From: Candidatus Acidiferrales bacterium
Lineage (GTDB): Bacteria; Acidobacteriota; Terriglobia; Acidiferrales; UBA7541
Direction of reading: 5' to 3'
DNA: 64,000 nt
Assembly: GCA_044447665.1 (NCBI GenBank)
Contig: JBIOGB010000021.1
Coordinates: 2,403-66,402 of the forward strand
Shown here: in pieces, positions 39,135 through 49,426 of the stretch
Position numbering within the stretch: position 1 is the stretch's first letter
How the letters are laid out: each line of letters begins with the position of its first letter
Position numbers and translations under genes: made by a program
The notes under the pieces: model-generated
Seen by the model: only the letters and a program-made list of their open reading frames with translations
The model's database searches: none
What the model was told of the DNA's origin: nothing

Positions 39135-40232
39135 TTACCCAGCCGCCCGCATCGGTTTTTCATGTTCGAGGCTGGAGCAGTCGATCTTGAGGAACCGCAG
39201 CGATTGATTCCAGTTCGCCGAAGTGCCGAAGGCCTCAGAAAGCGCCCTCATTTTGTCCGCGATACTTAGCGCGTACACTCCCTCGGCGCGAAAGGACCGG
39301 CAGCCACGAATCAGAGTTGGATACAGGCGCAAACTCTGGGCGATCCTTTCCTGCACATCTATCACATAGATAAAGGACTGATCGTTGCGCTCGGTCTTGT
39401 CAACTGCATAATCGTCTACAAAATCGCCCGCACCATACAGAATTGTGCGGCCTTGGTAAAATTCGATCCCCCGGAAAACGTGGCTCGAGTGACCGAAAAC
39501 AACATCAGCTCCCGCATCGACGAGCGCATGAGCCAACGCCACGTGGTCCTTGGGAGGCGTATACCCCCAGTTGGATCCCCAGTGAGCAGATACAATTAAG
39601 AAATCCACAGCTTCTCGCTGCTCTCGAATGATGTCCAATAGCCTCGACGCCCGCGGATCGTTAATATTCGTAGGCACAAAAAAAACGCCGGGCCAGTCCT
39701 TGGTGGCTTCCCAATCGGACTCATTGTCGGTGAACGCAAGTAATCCAATCTTCCGTCCTGACACCTCGGCTGCGGCGACCCTCGAGGCTTGCGCCAGATT
39801 CATCCCAGCGCCGCTATGCACAATGCGGGCTCGGTCAAGGATTTCCAGCATTTCGAACATCGCATCGTATCCATAGTCAAGAACGTGATTATTGGCTAGG
39901 GAGACGGCGTTGATCTCAGCGATTTTCAGCACCTCGATGTTCTTTGCTGCTGACTGAAAGTGAAATGCTTTTGGATAGGCAGACCACGGCTCGCCCCGAT
40001 CCGAGATGACGCATTCAAGGTTGCAGAGCCGCCAGTCGGCGCTATGCAGGATAGGCAGCGTATCTCCCCACGGATACTCTGGCGGCGCATTTTCCAAAAC
40101 CTCGTTCACCAGGCGTCCGAGCATGCAATCGCCCAGCAGCAGCAGCTCTAGGGGCTTCCTCTTCCCGGCTTCAGAAGCTAATCGCCGTGCTTGTTCTCGG
40201 GGGGACACGTGTTCGCGACAATCGTTACTCAT
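39135..40232 (-). CDS. CapA-family metallophosphatase (poly-gamma-glutamate synthesis protein-like)
   Basis: 'GDCMLGR', 'NLEC', 'SLANNHVLDYG', 'SAHWG', 'GHSSHVF'. Confidence 0.88.
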   Translation of the reverse strand: MSNDCREHVSPREQARRLASEAGKRKPLELLLLGDCMLGRLVNEVLENAPPEYPWGDTLPILHSADWRLCNLECVISDRGEPWSAYPKAFHFQSAAKNIEVLKIAEINAVSLANNHVLDYGYDAMFEMLEILDRARIVHSGAGMNLAQASRVAAAEVSGRKIGLLAFTDNESDWEATKDWPGVFFVPTNINDPRASRLLDIIREQREAVDFLIVSAHWGSNWGYTPPKDHVALAHALVDAGADVVFGHSSHVFRGIEFYQGRTILYGAGDFVDDYAVDKTERNDQSFIYVIDVQERIAQSLRLYPTLIRGCRSFRAEGVYALSIADKMRALSEAFGTSANWNQSLRFLKIDCSSLEHEKPMRAAG

Positions 40233-40346
40233 TCCACTCCTTGGCCACTGCGCCGCATGCTGGGGCCACGCAACGAGCTGAATTCTCCATCAATCTCGAC
40301 AGGGCCCACCTGTTAGAAGTGCGGTCTCGTTCAGGAGCGTTAGAAG

Positions 40347-41273
40347 TCATCGGCCTCCGGCGATTTTTCGTTTTGCCGTTTTGTCTGTTAAGGACAGTTC
40401 TCCCGCAATCAGCGGAGCCACTGAGATGATAGAAATGTTTGTAGTATCGATGTCCGCGCGAAGAGGAACTGTGTCAGTGCAGAATATGCGTTTTACCCCG
40501 AGAGACCATATTTTTGTCCATTGTGATCCCGTGAAGAGGCCGTGAGTGACTAGGATGTAGATCTCTTTCACGCCCACTTCTCTCAGCTTTTCGCAGGCGG
40601 AGACCAGGGTTCCCCCCGTATCGAGCATGTCGTCGATGATCACCACTCTAGCCCCCACTCTGCCCACGGGGCCTTGATGGATGATTCCTTGCTCGGTCCT
40701 CTTTTTTTCAAAGTATGGGGTCTCACCGATCGGCATGCCCGCTGCATTCTTCACTTCTTCGCAACGGCTGATTGCTCCGTTGTCGGGAGCAACGATGGTT
40801 GCATCAGTTAGACTTTGGTTTCTTAAGACCTCGGCGAAAATACGCGCCGTTGAGAGGGAACGCACAGGCAAGCAAAGCAATTCCTTGTCACGCTCGCTGT
40901 GCACGTCTACCGTAATCACCTGATCTAAGCCGGAGCCCTTCAGAAGGGAACCAATCCAGGCCGTTCCCAAGCTCTCTCCAGGCTTCTCCTTGTCCTGCCG
41001 GCTGTAGGCAAAATATGGAAGGACCGCCGTTACCTTGCCGGCGCCTCCCTTCTTGAGCGTGTGGGCCAACAACATCGGAGAAAGCGTCTGTTCGTCCGGA
41101 GGAGCGATCGAACCTAAGACCAAGCAGTGTTCGCCTGATACGCTGCCTTGCACTTTGGCGCGCAATTCCTGGTTGTCATATCGGCTGATTGCGAATTGGC
41201 CCACTTGTAGCAAAAGAGTGCTGCGTAATTCCCGCGCGATATGTTCGTAGTTGGAAAAGCTAAACAGAATCAT
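40347..41273 (-). CDS. prs: Ribose-phosphate pyrophosphokinase (divergent copy)
   Basis: 'PYFAYSRQDK', 'VDVHS', 'VAPDNGA', 'IIDDMLDTGGT', 'THGLF', 'TDTVP'. Confidence 0.88.
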   Translation of the reverse strand: MILFSFSNYEHIARELRSTLLLQVGQFAISRYDNQELRAKVQGSVSGEHCLVLGSIAPPDEQTLSPMLLAHTLKKGGAGKVTAVLPYFAYSRQDKEKPGESLGTAWIGSLLKGSGLDQVITVDVHSERDKELLCLPVRSLSTARIFAEVLRNQSLTDATIVAPDNGAISRCEEVKNAAGMPIGETPYFEKKRTEQGIIHQGPVGRVGARVVIIDDMLDTGGTLVSACEKLREVGVKEIYILVTHGLFTGSQWTKIWSLGVKRIFCTDTVPLRADIDTTNISIISVAPLIAGELSLTDKTAKRKIAGGR

Positions 41274-41512
41274 AACGATTCCCATGCGGGCTTTATCGGA
41301 GGCTCTCCTCTTTTCGTCGCCTTCCCGCAGGCATTGGCCGGGGCCGCTTCTTCTCCTCACCCGAGCCAGTAACCCGTCTTGAACTTGATTTCTTGCAACT
41401 CCGGAATCAGTTCAAGGGTGTAATCGAAAGGGCGGCTCGTACGCTTTACCAGTCGCGCCATCGGGAACCGCAATGACTGTGCGTGTTGGTCATGCGGCGT
41501 CCTGGATTACGC

Positions 41513-41553
41513 CGTTCCAGTCGGACGGGCCCTTCGCCCGTCCAACTGGAACG
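41513..41553. terminator. Long stem-loop downstream of hsp20
   Basis: CGTTCCAGT-C-GGACGGGC / GCCCGTCC-A-ACTGGAACG, about an 18-bp stem. No long U-tract. Confidence 0.6.
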
Positions 41554-41563
41554 TATTTGGACC

Positions 41564-42079
41564 TTAAGCGGCTTTTGGATGAATACGGATTGTTTGGGCT
41601 TTCGCAACCTTCGGCAGGTTGAACTCCAGGATGCCGTTCTTTAACGTCGCGTTCACCTTATCCGTCTCGACATCGGCAGGCAGGTCCACCATCCGCAAGA
41701 TTTGGTCGCAGCACCTCTCCGCATAGACTGTCTTGCCTTTTTTTTCTTCTTTCTTGGCTTCCCGCTTGCCGGTGATCGTTAGCCGGCGCGGCTCAAGGCT
41801 GATCTCGAGTTCTTTTTCGCTAAAACCGGGTACCTCGGCCTTCACGGCGAAAGAATCATCGAACTCCTCGATGCTCACGTGCACCGGATGAAATAGCTCC
41901 CTTTCCGCCTGGAACCAGTTCTCGAGGTCGCGGCCAAATGAGCGGCCGTTACCTTCGAAGATTTCATAGGCTCTGCGCGAAAGAGCGTTGAATGTGTCTT
42001 GGATCTGGTCAAATACAGAACCGTACTTGATCGGCTTCGCCGGCTCTTCAGCACGTTTCACTGCTGCAGTTTCCGCCAT
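41564..42079 (-). CDS. Hsp20/alpha-crystallin small heat shock protein with DUF2934-like N-terminus
   Basis: 'RRAYEIFEGNGRSFGRDLENWFQAERE' then 'AEVPGF...LPADVETDKVNATLKNGILEFNLPK'. Confidence 0.9.
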   Translation of the reverse strand: MAETAAVKRAEEPAKPIKYGSVFDQIQDTFNALSRRAYEIFEGNGRSFGRDLENWFQAERELFHPVHVSIEEFDDSFAVKAEVPGFSEKELEISLEPRRLTITGKREAKKEEKKGKTVYAERCCDQILRMVDLPADVETDKVNATLKNGILEFNLPKVAKAQTIRIHPKAA

Positions 42080-42168
42080 GGTTTCTTCTCCTTTGCCAAA
42101 TCATGTCAGCGCCGACCGCGGGGATCATCGGCCTGAACCAAAAAACCCAAAGCTGGCGCTGCAAAGAG

Positions 42169-42232
42169 AGCTTGCCAAAATGAACGAACGGAAGCAGTGA
42201 TGCAGGTCACCAGGTTCTGTGAGGGCCGTCTC
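42169..42232 (-). promoter_or_regulatory. Tandem CRP/FNR-like boxes GTGA-tgcagg-TCAC (42197-42210) and TGTGA-gggccg-TCTC (42219-42232), -10-like TGgCAAGCT
   Basis: 22-bp spacing. Upstream of hsp20. Confidence 0.7.
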
Positions 42233-42386
42233 TCATGGCAAACCAGTCTTTTTTCTCATACAGGTGAGTGAGCCGTGCTGGAAGCGATGCCCAGACACCG
42301 AAGACAGGCATGTGTCGATATGCAACTCGCCCGCGAGTTCGACGATTCCTCACCGGGGCTTTCACGATCGCTAGTCTTGTATCTGC

Positions 42387-43037
42387 TCAATCCCCTGAGG
42401 CCGCCGCTTGTTTAGCCGGAGGCGGCATTCTCCCCTTGCTGAGAATTCGAACTGTGCTCGCCTGTGACCCTTTTTCCCCCGGCTCTTCCACAAAACTCAC
42501 TCTCGTTCCTACCTTCAAACGCGAAAATGCCCGGTTGAGAACACTGTTCTTGTGGAAATAAATCCCACGCCCGTCATCCGATGTCAGGAACCCGTAGCCT
42601 TCACCTTGGAGAATCTTGCTCACGCGCGCTACCTGGAGCGGTGCATGGCTCTTTATGTCGCCGCGCTGACGGCGAGCGTAATCCTGCAAACGCCGGCCGG
42701 CGGCCTTGAACGCGTCATTAATTGCCAGCTGGAGATTCTTGTGCGGAGTTTTCAGTTCCAGGTGTTTCTCGATCTCGGTCTCCCCCAACTGCCGGGCACG
42801 ATGACTTATGCTGGGCTCGCGCTTGACCACGATCTCTTCTCCCGGCACAGTCAGATCAATGCGAATGTGATACGGGCTCCCCCTCCTGTGATGACGGTGT
42901 GGCATTTCTATCGCTACTCGACACCCCATCACGCGGTTGTAGAAGCTATCGAGCTTGTCTGCTTCAGCGCGGACCCATTCCTCGATGGTTTCTGACGGTG
43001 TCACATTCCGGAAGGTAATTTGCAGCGGAGATTGCAT
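42387..43037 (-). CDS. HPF/RaiA ribosome hibernation factor fused to a cold-shock domain
   Basis: 'LQITFRN...CRVAIE...IRIDLTVPG...AINDAF' plus CSD 'GYGFLTSDDGRGIYFHKNSV'. AAGGAGG RBS. Confidence 0.9.
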   Translation of the reverse strand: MQSPLQITFRNVTPSETIEEWVRAEADKLDSFYNRVMGCRVAIEMPHRHHRRGSPYHIRIDLTVPGEEIVVKREPSISHRARQLGETEIEKHLELKTPHKNLQLAINDAFKAAGRRLQDYARRQRGDIKSHAPLQVARVSKILQGEGYGFLTSDDGRGIYFHKNSVLNRAFSRLKVGTRVSFVEEPGEKGSQASTVRILSKGRMPPPAKQAAASGD

Positions 43038-43225
43038 GGTGGCCTCCTTCAATCAAACTTTCCATAGTGCGTCCACTTGAGCTACGTCTCTTCGAGAATC
43101 TGCTTCCTGACGATTTCCCAATCTTTCCGGGATTCTCATCTCCCAAACCGGTACTACTGCACTTCGTCAAGCGGCATTCCGCTTCGCGCTCTTTCTTTGT
43201 GTTGTCTTCGCCCAATTCTGTTTCT

Positions 43226-45028
43226 CTAGACCGTGCAAAACGCATAGCCACAAGAGAGGCAAGAAACGCAGGCCGAATCCTCCACCATCGTGCCACCGCA
43301 TTCCGGACAGGCCTGCGCGCCAACCGGGACATCTTCCCTCAATTCTCCTGCTCGTAAGACCTGCTCGCCCTTGCAACCATCACGAAAGACTGTGATCCCT
43401 TTGCATCCCAGCTCATGCGCCAAGAGAAAGACACTCTCGATATCCCGCCGCGTGGCCGTGCGAGGGAGATTCGCAGTTTTGCTCACGGCATTCTCCACAT
43501 GTCGCTGAAAGACTGCCTGCATCCGAACGTGCCACTCCGGCGCAATGTCATGCGCGGTCACAAAAACACGCCGGATGGATTCCGGGATTTCTTTCAGATT
43601 CTGGATACTACCGGTTCGTGAAATCGATTGGCGAACGCTTTCGTTCAAGTAAGGTGCGGCCATAGCCTCGAACAAAGGATGAAGATGCGACTGGCTTGGA
43701 CGACCAAGCACGCTGCGGATGTAGCAGAGCGCAAAGATTGGTTCGATACCGCTCGAGCATTCGGCAATGAGACTAATCGTTCCCGTCGGCGCTATCGTCG
43801 TGACCGTGGCGTTACGCCTCTTGATGCCCTGAGCCGCGAAAATACTTCGCGGGTAGTTTGGGAACACTCCGCGCGATTCAGCGAGCCGGCACGACTCTTC
43901 TTTGGCTTCCACAGAGAGAAACTTCATCAGTTCGTCCGCCGTGGCCAACGCCTCCGCTGAATCGTACGGCAACCCCAGCAGGAAAAGCAGATCGGCGAAC
44001 CCCATGATGCCGAGACCGATTTTCCGGTTCGCCAGCGTCTGCTCTTCGATCTCGGACAGCAGATAGTGGTTGGCATCAATCACGTCATCCAAAAATCGTA
44101 CTGCGAGTCGCGTAATGGACCGGAGACGCTCGTAGTCAATCCGTGACTCGCGTACAAAATGCGCGACATTGATTGACCCAAGATTGCACGATTCATATGG
44201 GAACAATGGCTGCTCACCGCAAGGGTTGGTAGCTTCAATCTCACCCAGAGCAGCCACCGGATTCTGCCTGTTGATGGCGTCCAGAAACACCAGACCGGGA
44301 TCACCCGTCTTCCAGGCACAATCGACAATCGCATTGAAGACTTGTCGGGAATTCAGACACCTGGCTTCCTGACCATTGCGGGGATTAATCAGCGGATAGT
44401 CGGCACTCCGTCGGACGCAATCCATGAATCTGTCCGTGACGGCCACGGAAATATTGAATGTGGGCAAAGTGTCGGCTTCGCTCTTCGCTGCGATGAATTC
44501 CAATAGATCGGGGTGATCGAAACGGAGAACACCCATGTTTGCACCCCTTCGCGCGCCACCCAAACGTGTGACCTGGCAGGCATAGTCGTACAGTTTCATG
44601 AAGGAGACCGGACCACTGGACTCCCCCCGGGATGAGCCAATCGGGTCACCGCGAGGCCGAAGATGGGAAAATGAAAACCCGGTTCCGCCGCCTGTTTTCT
44701 GGATCAGGGCCATCGCCCGGAGGCCACCAAAAATGGAATCCATGGAATCTTCGATCGGCACGACAAAGCAGCCGGAGAGCTGCGCCTCCGGAAGACCGGC
44801 GTTCATAAGAGTCGGCGAGTTGGGCAGAAAATCAAGGTCCCTCATCATCCTGGAAAATGCGTCAGCAGATTCTCGAACCTGGGTTGACGGAATGTTTCTG
44901 CGTTCTGCGGTCGCAACATGCCACGCCACCCGTGAAAACATCTCTCCCCGCGTTTCAAGAAGCTTCCCGGAAGCATCCGCCAGCAATATCCGCTTCTCCA
45001 ACACTTCGCGAGCGATGTTGGAATTCAC
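43226..45028 (-). CDS. nrdJ: Adenosylcobalamin-dependent (class II) ribonucleotide reductase
   Basis: 'PNSPTLMNAG', 'QLSGCF', 'GGGTG', 'TNPCGEQPL', 'TIAPTGTIS', C-terminal CxxC...CxxC ribbon. Confidence 0.9.
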   Translation of the reverse strand: MNSNIAREVLEKRILLADASGKLLETRGEMFSRVAWHVATAERRNIPSTQVRESADAFSRMMRDLDFLPNSPTLMNAGLPEAQLSGCFVVPIEDSMDSIFGGLRAMALIQKTGGGTGFSFSHLRPRGDPIGSSRGESSGPVSFMKLYDYACQVTRLGGARRGANMGVLRFDHPDLLEFIAAKSEADTLPTFNISVAVTDRFMDCVRRSADYPLINPRNGQEARCLNSRQVFNAIVDCAWKTGDPGLVFLDAINRQNPVAALGEIEATNPCGEQPLFPYESCNLGSINVAHFVRESRIDYERLRSITRLAVRFLDDVIDANHYLLSEIEEQTLANRKIGLGIMGFADLLFLLGLPYDSAEALATADELMKFLSVEAKEESCRLAESRGVFPNYPRSIFAAQGIKRRNATVTTIAPTGTISLIAECSSGIEPIFALCYIRSVLGRPSQSHLHPLFEAMAAPYLNESVRQSISRTGSIQNLKEIPESIRRVFVTAHDIAPEWHVRMQAVFQRHVENAVSKTANLPRTATRRDIESVFLLAHELGCKGITVFRDGCKGEQVLRAGELREDVPVGAQACPECGGTMVEDSACVSCLSCGYAFCTV

Positions 45029-45173
45029 ACCATCCTGCTCCTGTGCGACGAAATCGGCGCCAAAGGCATCTGCGGCTTAGGCAGCGCCCCTGGCATGCGC
45101 AATCTGCGAAAAGCGGCGTTGCTCCGAGTCGATGAGCGCGACGACCTGGCCTTTCTCCACTTTCGTAGCTCTC

Positions 45174-45725
45174 TCATCGTTGAGCGACCAGTTCGAATAC
45201 TTGCGGCTGTGCAGCGGCGGCCCTCAGTTCCTGCTCCGACCTCGCTTGCGTTTTCCTCAAGAGAACTTCCAGAGACGGCCCGTTAAACCTCGTTGTGACT
45301 CGGGAAGGATCGACCTCGACAGCGAGGTCGAGGACACGGAAGACCATTTTTCCATCGGGACGTGCCCTGGTCTGCTTCCGAGCAGCATCCACCTTGTCCA
45401 CCTTCGGCTTCCCGCAAATTGTGATCTGGCGGGGCCCAACCCAAATCTCAATCGTACCTTCCTCGAAGATGGCAACGTCAGCGCCCACCCAGAGGCTATC
45501 GTCAACCGTCATTCGTCCACAGCAGAGCGGGCCTACTAGTTCGCATTCCGCTTGACGCCAGTCCTCCAGTTCATGGCCAGATGCAGAACCACGACGTTCA
45601 AAGATTGCGTAAGCGCGGCAAGCCACGGCTTCATGCACCCTGCGTGTTTGCTCGTCGACGTCCACCATCGCCAACTTCACTTTTTCGTCTGCCCTTGAGT
45701 GCTTCCCTGCTCTTCCTGCCCTCAT
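45174..45725 (-). CDS. DUF2934-domain protein with degenerate Hsp20-like C-terminus
   Basis: 'RAYAIFERRGSASGHELEDWRQAECEL' and 'LDLAVEVDPSRVTTRFNGPSLEVLLRK'. GGAGG RBS. Confidence 0.75.
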   Translation of the reverse strand: MRAGRAGKHSRADEKVKLAMVDVDEQTRRVHEAVACRAYAIFERRGSASGHELEDWRQAECELVGPLCCGRMTVDDSLWVGADVAIFEEGTIEIWVGPRQITICGKPKVDKVDAARKQTRARPDGKMVFRVLDLAVEVDPSRVTTRFNGPSLEVLLRKTQARSEQELRAAAAQPQVFELVAQR

Positions 45726-45764
45726 GGCCTACCTCCAACTTCTCCCCATTCCTTATATAAATAA

Positions 45765-45828
45765 AGTATTGGCCATTTGCCTTGGCATTCCTGTGACGCG
45801 TGTCACAGCCTCATGTGAGCAAATACAC
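45765..45828 (-). promoter_or_regulatory. Tandem CRP/FNR-like boxes CTGTGA-cgcgtg-TCACAG (core 45793-45806) and TGTGA-gcaaat-ACAC (45815-45828), -10-like AATACT
   Basis: Near-perfect palindrome, 22-bp spacing. Confidence 0.75.
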
Positions 45829-45941
45829 TCTGTTTCCAATAAAATCTCAGGCCGACACGCACGCCGATTGCAAACCAGCTGCTTCCGTTTCTTGAGCATC
45901 GTCTTTGGCGTGTTCTCCCAATGTGGAGTATGGACCAAACT

Positions 45942-46005
45942 GTGATTTCTCATACCGTCTTGTGTGATGGAGGTCACGATATCGGGAACCACACAGGAAT
46001 AAATT
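45942..46005 (+). promoter_or_regulatory. Tandem CRP/FNR-like boxes TGTGA-tttctc-ATAC (45942-45955) and TGTGA-tggagg-TCAC (45964-45977), -10 TAAATT (46000-46005)
   Basis: 22-bp spacing. Upstream of osmC-acsA-pdh. Confidence 0.75.
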
Positions 46006-46069
46006 GTTGATAGTAATTCTGGAGCGCCCAAACAAACGGGCTTGCTTGCGCAGAGAAGAGGAGGGACGA

Positions 46070-46552
46070 ATGGAAGCTCACTATATATACCGCGTTAACG
46101 CGTCTTCGACGACAGTTCGGAGCGGCACCGTGGCCGCCGATAAAATAGAACGCCCGATTGCATTCAGCGCGCCACCTGAATTCCAAGGTGAGCCCGGCAA
46201 TTGGACGCCCGAACACTTTCTGATAGCCTCCGTGGCCGGGTGTTTCGTAAGCACCTTCTCCGGAATGGCCCATTTCTCCAAGTTTGAATTCCTCTCGCTT
46301 GAGGTGGGCGTCGAAGGAATCATCGGAAAGGATCAGGGAGGCTGGCGCTTCACGCAGGTCAACGTGCGTCCTCGATTGAAAATCGCGCACGAAAAGGATC
46401 GTGAACGCGCCAATCGCTTACTGGAAAAGGCCGAAAAGACTTGTCTCGTTGTGCGTTCCCTGACGTCCCAAGTTGCGCTCGAACCCGAAATTCTGGTTGA
46501 AGAGAAAATTCTGGAACGCGAAAAGATGGGGAATGCCATTCCCATAACGTAG
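46070..46552 (+). CDS. OsmC-family protein
   Basis: 'FSAPPEFQG...WTPEHFLIASVAGCF...AEKTCLV', two conserved Cys. Confidence 0.88.
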   Translation: MEAHYIYRVNASSTTVRSGTVAADKIERPIAFSAPPEFQGEPGNWTPEHFLIASVAGCFVSTFSGMAHFSKFEFLSLEVGVEGIIGKDQGGWRFTQVNVRPRLKIAHEKDRERANRLLEKAEKTCLVVRSLTSQVALEPEILVEEKILEREKMGNAIPIT

Positions 46553-46663
46553 CGATGGGCTGTGAGCCTCGGGGGATTTGCAGAACATACCGGACAACTG
46601 GAGAGTGCCGGGACGTTGAACTAGCATTCACAGGTAATGACCGGGCGCGGTCAGGAAATCGAG

Positions 46664-48427
46664 ATGGGTTGGCAACCAATCGTGAAGTCAGAGCAAGACT
46701 GGGCCGTCGTCCCCAATCTCAAGAACTATGAGCAAGCCAGACGATCCTTCTCCTGGGAAGAGGCTCGCCGGGAGCTCGACGGCCTTCCCGGTGGTCAAGG
46801 GCTGAACATCGCCTATGAAGCGATTGATCGTCATGCAAATGGTTTACTCCGCGATCATCTGGCTATCCGTTGGTTGGGCAAAAACGGAGAAGTACAAGAC
46901 TACACCTACGGCCAACTGCAAGCGCTCACGAACCGATTCGCGAACGCTTTAAAAAGCCTCGGGGTGAGCAAAGGAGATCGCGTTTACGTGCTCGCCGGCC
47001 GCATTCCAGAGTTGTACATCGCTGCCTTGGGTACCCTCAAGCATCGGGCTGTCTTCTGTCCTCTTTTTTCAGCATTTGGTCCCGAACCGCTTCGGGCGCG
47101 CCTTACGATCGGAGGCGCCAAGGTACTTGTCACTACGCAATCCCTCTATGATCGTAAGGTGAAATCGATCCGGCCATCCCTCACGTCTCTCGAGCACGTG
47201 CTAATTATCGGGGAAGACCGCCAGTCAACTAATGTGCCGGATACAATCGACTATCTGCGCTTGATCGACGATGCCTGCGAATTCTACACTATCCAACCGA
47301 CGGCGCCTGAAGACACGGCTCTCTTGCATTTCACAAGCGGGACCACAGGCACGCCCAAGGGGGCAGTGCATGTCCACGGAGCCGCCGTCGCCCACCACAT
47401 CACCGGGAAACTGGCGCTCGACTTCCATAACGAGGATATTTTTTGGTGCACCGCCGATCCCGGATGGGTTACGGGGACTTCCTATGGAATCATTGCCCCG
47501 CTGACGAACGGGATTACCAGCATCATTGATGAAGGAGACTTCGACGCGGAGCGTTGGTATGGGGTTCTTCAGTCGCAGAAAGTGACCGTCTGGTATTCTG
47601 CGCCGACGGCGATTCGCATGTTGATGAAGGCCGGGTCCGACATCGTTAGGAAATACGATCTTCGCGCACTTCGTTTTCTCTCGAGCGTCGGTGAACCCCT
47701 GAATCCCGAAGCAGTGGTCTGGAGCAAAGAGGCTTTTGGGCGCCCTTTCCACGACAACTGGTGGCAAACGGAGACAGGCGGAATCATGATTGCCAACTTT
47801 CTGGCGATGGACATTCGACCCGGGTCCATGGGCCGTCCGCTGCCCGGAATCGAAGCGGCCATTGTGCAGAGGAGCGAGGATGGCTCCATGCATGAAATTC
47901 TGCAACCTGATGTCCAGGGCGAATTAGCTCTCCGCCCCGGCTGGCCTTCGATGTTCCGCGCTTACTGGGAAGAGCCCGAACGTTACAAGAAGTGTTTCGC
48001 CGGTGGGTTCTACCTGACGGGAGACCTTGCCAAGCGAGATAAGGACGGGTATTTCTGGTTCGTCGGCCGCAAGGATGATGTGATCAAGACTTCGGGACAC
48101 CTGATCGGGCCATTCGAGGTGGAGAGTGCCCTAATGGAACACAAAGCTGTCGCCGAATCCGGGGTAATCGGCAAACCCGACCCCATTGCATTCGAGATCG
48201 TTAAGGCCTTCGTTGTGCTCCGGAAAGGTTTCGAACCGAGTGAAGCCTTGCAACGTGAAGTGCTAGGGTTCGCGCGATCTCGCTTGGGAGCTGTCGTCGC
48301 TCCGAAAGAAATCGAGTTCGTGAGCACGCTGCCGAGGACTCGGAGCGGCAAGATCATGCGTCGTCTGCTGAAAGCCCGTGAGCTCGGCCTTCCCGAAGGG
48401 GATATCTCCACATTGGAATCGAATTAA
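46664..48427 (+). CDS. acsA: Acetate--CoA ligase
   Basis: '[12 protein letters not shown]', '[10 protein letters not shown]', 'DNWWQTETG', '[12 protein letters not shown]'. Alternative start at 46637. Confidence 0.92.
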   Translation: MGWQPIVKSEQDWAVVPNLKNYEQARRSFSWEEARRELDGLPGGQGLNIAYEAIDRHANGLLRDHLAIRWLGKNGEVQDYTYGQLQALTNRFANALKSLGVSKGDRVYVLAGRIPELYIAALGTLKHRAVFCPLFSAFGPEPLRARLTIGGAKVLVTTQSLYDRKVKSIRPSLTSLEHVLIIGEDRQSTNVPDTIDYLRLIDDACEFYTIQPTAPEDTALLHFTSGTTGTPKGAVHVHGAAVAHHITGKLALDFHNEDIFWCTADPGWVTGTSYGIIAPLTNGITSIIDEGDFDAERWYGVLQSQKVTVWYSAPTAIRMLMKAGSDIVRKYDLRALRFLSSVGEPLNPEAVVWSKEAFGRPFHDNWWQTETGGIMIANFLAMDIRPGSMGRPLPGIEAAIVQRSEDGSMHEILQPDVQGELALRPGWPSMFRAYWEEPERYKKCFAGGFYLTGDLAKRDKDGYFWFVGRKDDVIKTSGHLIGPFEVESALMEHKAVAESGVIGKPDPIAFEIVKAFVVLRKGFEPSEALQREVLGFARSRLGAVVAPKEIEFVSTLPRTRSGKIMRRLLKARELGLPEGDISTLESN

Positions 48428-49426
48428 ATGCCCACGACTTCAGTTTCGAACCGTCCGCCGGTCGACCGCGAACACGCTCTTTTTCTATTGAGCGAAATGC
48501 TGCGTATCCGCCGCTTCGAAGAAAAAGCAGCTGAGATGTACAGTCTGCAAAAGATTCATGGGTTCCTCCACCTCTACATCGGCGAGGAAGCAACGGGAGT
48601 CGGAGCCATGCAGGCATTTACGCCGGACGACGCGATTGTCGCGACCTATCGCGAACATGGCCAGGCACTGGCGCGGGGCATCCCATCCACAGTCTTGATG
48701 GCCGAGATGTTTGGTAAAGTCACCGGATGCAGCCACGGCCACGGTGGCTCGATGCATTTCTTTGACGCACGCCGCCGCTTCTACGGCGGCTACGCTATCG
48801 TCGGAGGCGGTTTGCCGATTGCAGTCGGCCTGGCCCTGGCCGACAAACTGCAAAATCGAAAGAGAGTCACCGCCTGTTTCTTTGGAGATGGCGCGGTTGC
48901 CGAAGGCGAGTTCCACGAGTCTTTGAATCTTGCGGCGCTCTGGAAGCTCCCCGTCGTTTTTCTGTGCGAGAACAACCTCTACGCGATGGGGACAGCTCTG
49001 GAACGGCATCAAGCACAGACCAACATCAGTCAGAAGGCAGCCTCCTACAATTTGGCTTCTAGTGTTGTGGATGGGATGGATGTGCTTGGGGTTGAAACCG
49101 CTGCCAGACAGGCTGCCGATTCCGTGCGCAATGGAAATGGACCTTTTCTTTTGGAGCTCCGCACCTACCGCTTCCGCGCCCATTCCATGTCCGATCCGGA
49201 TTTATATCGTACGAAGGAAGAAATCGAAGAATGGAAGAAACGCGATCCGATCGCGCTGTTCCAGTCTCAACTCCGAGCCTGGAATCTGCTGACTGATTCG
49301 GACGTGACGCGATTGGAAGCCGAAATCAGCGCGGAAGTCGATGAAGCGGTGCGATTCGCGGAAACAAGCCCCTTCGAGCCGGTTGAGCAGCTTCTTAAAG
49401 ACGTGGAAGGACCAGTGGCGCCGTGA
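48428..49426 (+). CDS. pdhA: Pyruvate/2-oxoacid dehydrogenase E1 alpha
   Basis: '[11 protein letters not shown]', 'TYREHG', TPP motif 'GDGA...ENN', '[11 protein letters not shown]'. Confidence 0.9.
   Translation: MPTTSVSNRPPVDREHALFLLSEMLRIRRFEEKAAEMYSLQKIHGFLHLYIGEEATGVGAMQAFTPDDAIVATYREHGQALARGIPSTVLMAEMFGKVTGCSHGHGGSMHFFDARRRFYGGYAIVGGGLPIAVGLALADKLQNRKRVTACFFGDGAVAEGEFHESLNLAALWKLPVVFLCENNLYAMGTALERHQAQTNISQKAASYNLASSVVDGMDVLGVETAARQAADSVRNGNGPFLLELRTYRFRAHSMSDPDLYRTKEEIEEWKKRDPIALFQSQLRAWNLLTDSDVTRLEAEISAEVDEAVRFAETSPFEPVEQLLKDVEGPVAP

Noticed and set aside
41358-41462. 34-aa ORF MARLVKRTSRPFDYTLELIPELQEIKFKTGYWLG upstream of prs
   Set aside because: No clear RBS or family match. May be a gene remnant but cannot be assigned.
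42158-42180. Sigma54 -24/-12 promoter (TGGC...TTGCA on the minus strand) upstream of hsp20
   Set aside because: GG-to-GC spacing is 12 nt, not the required 10.
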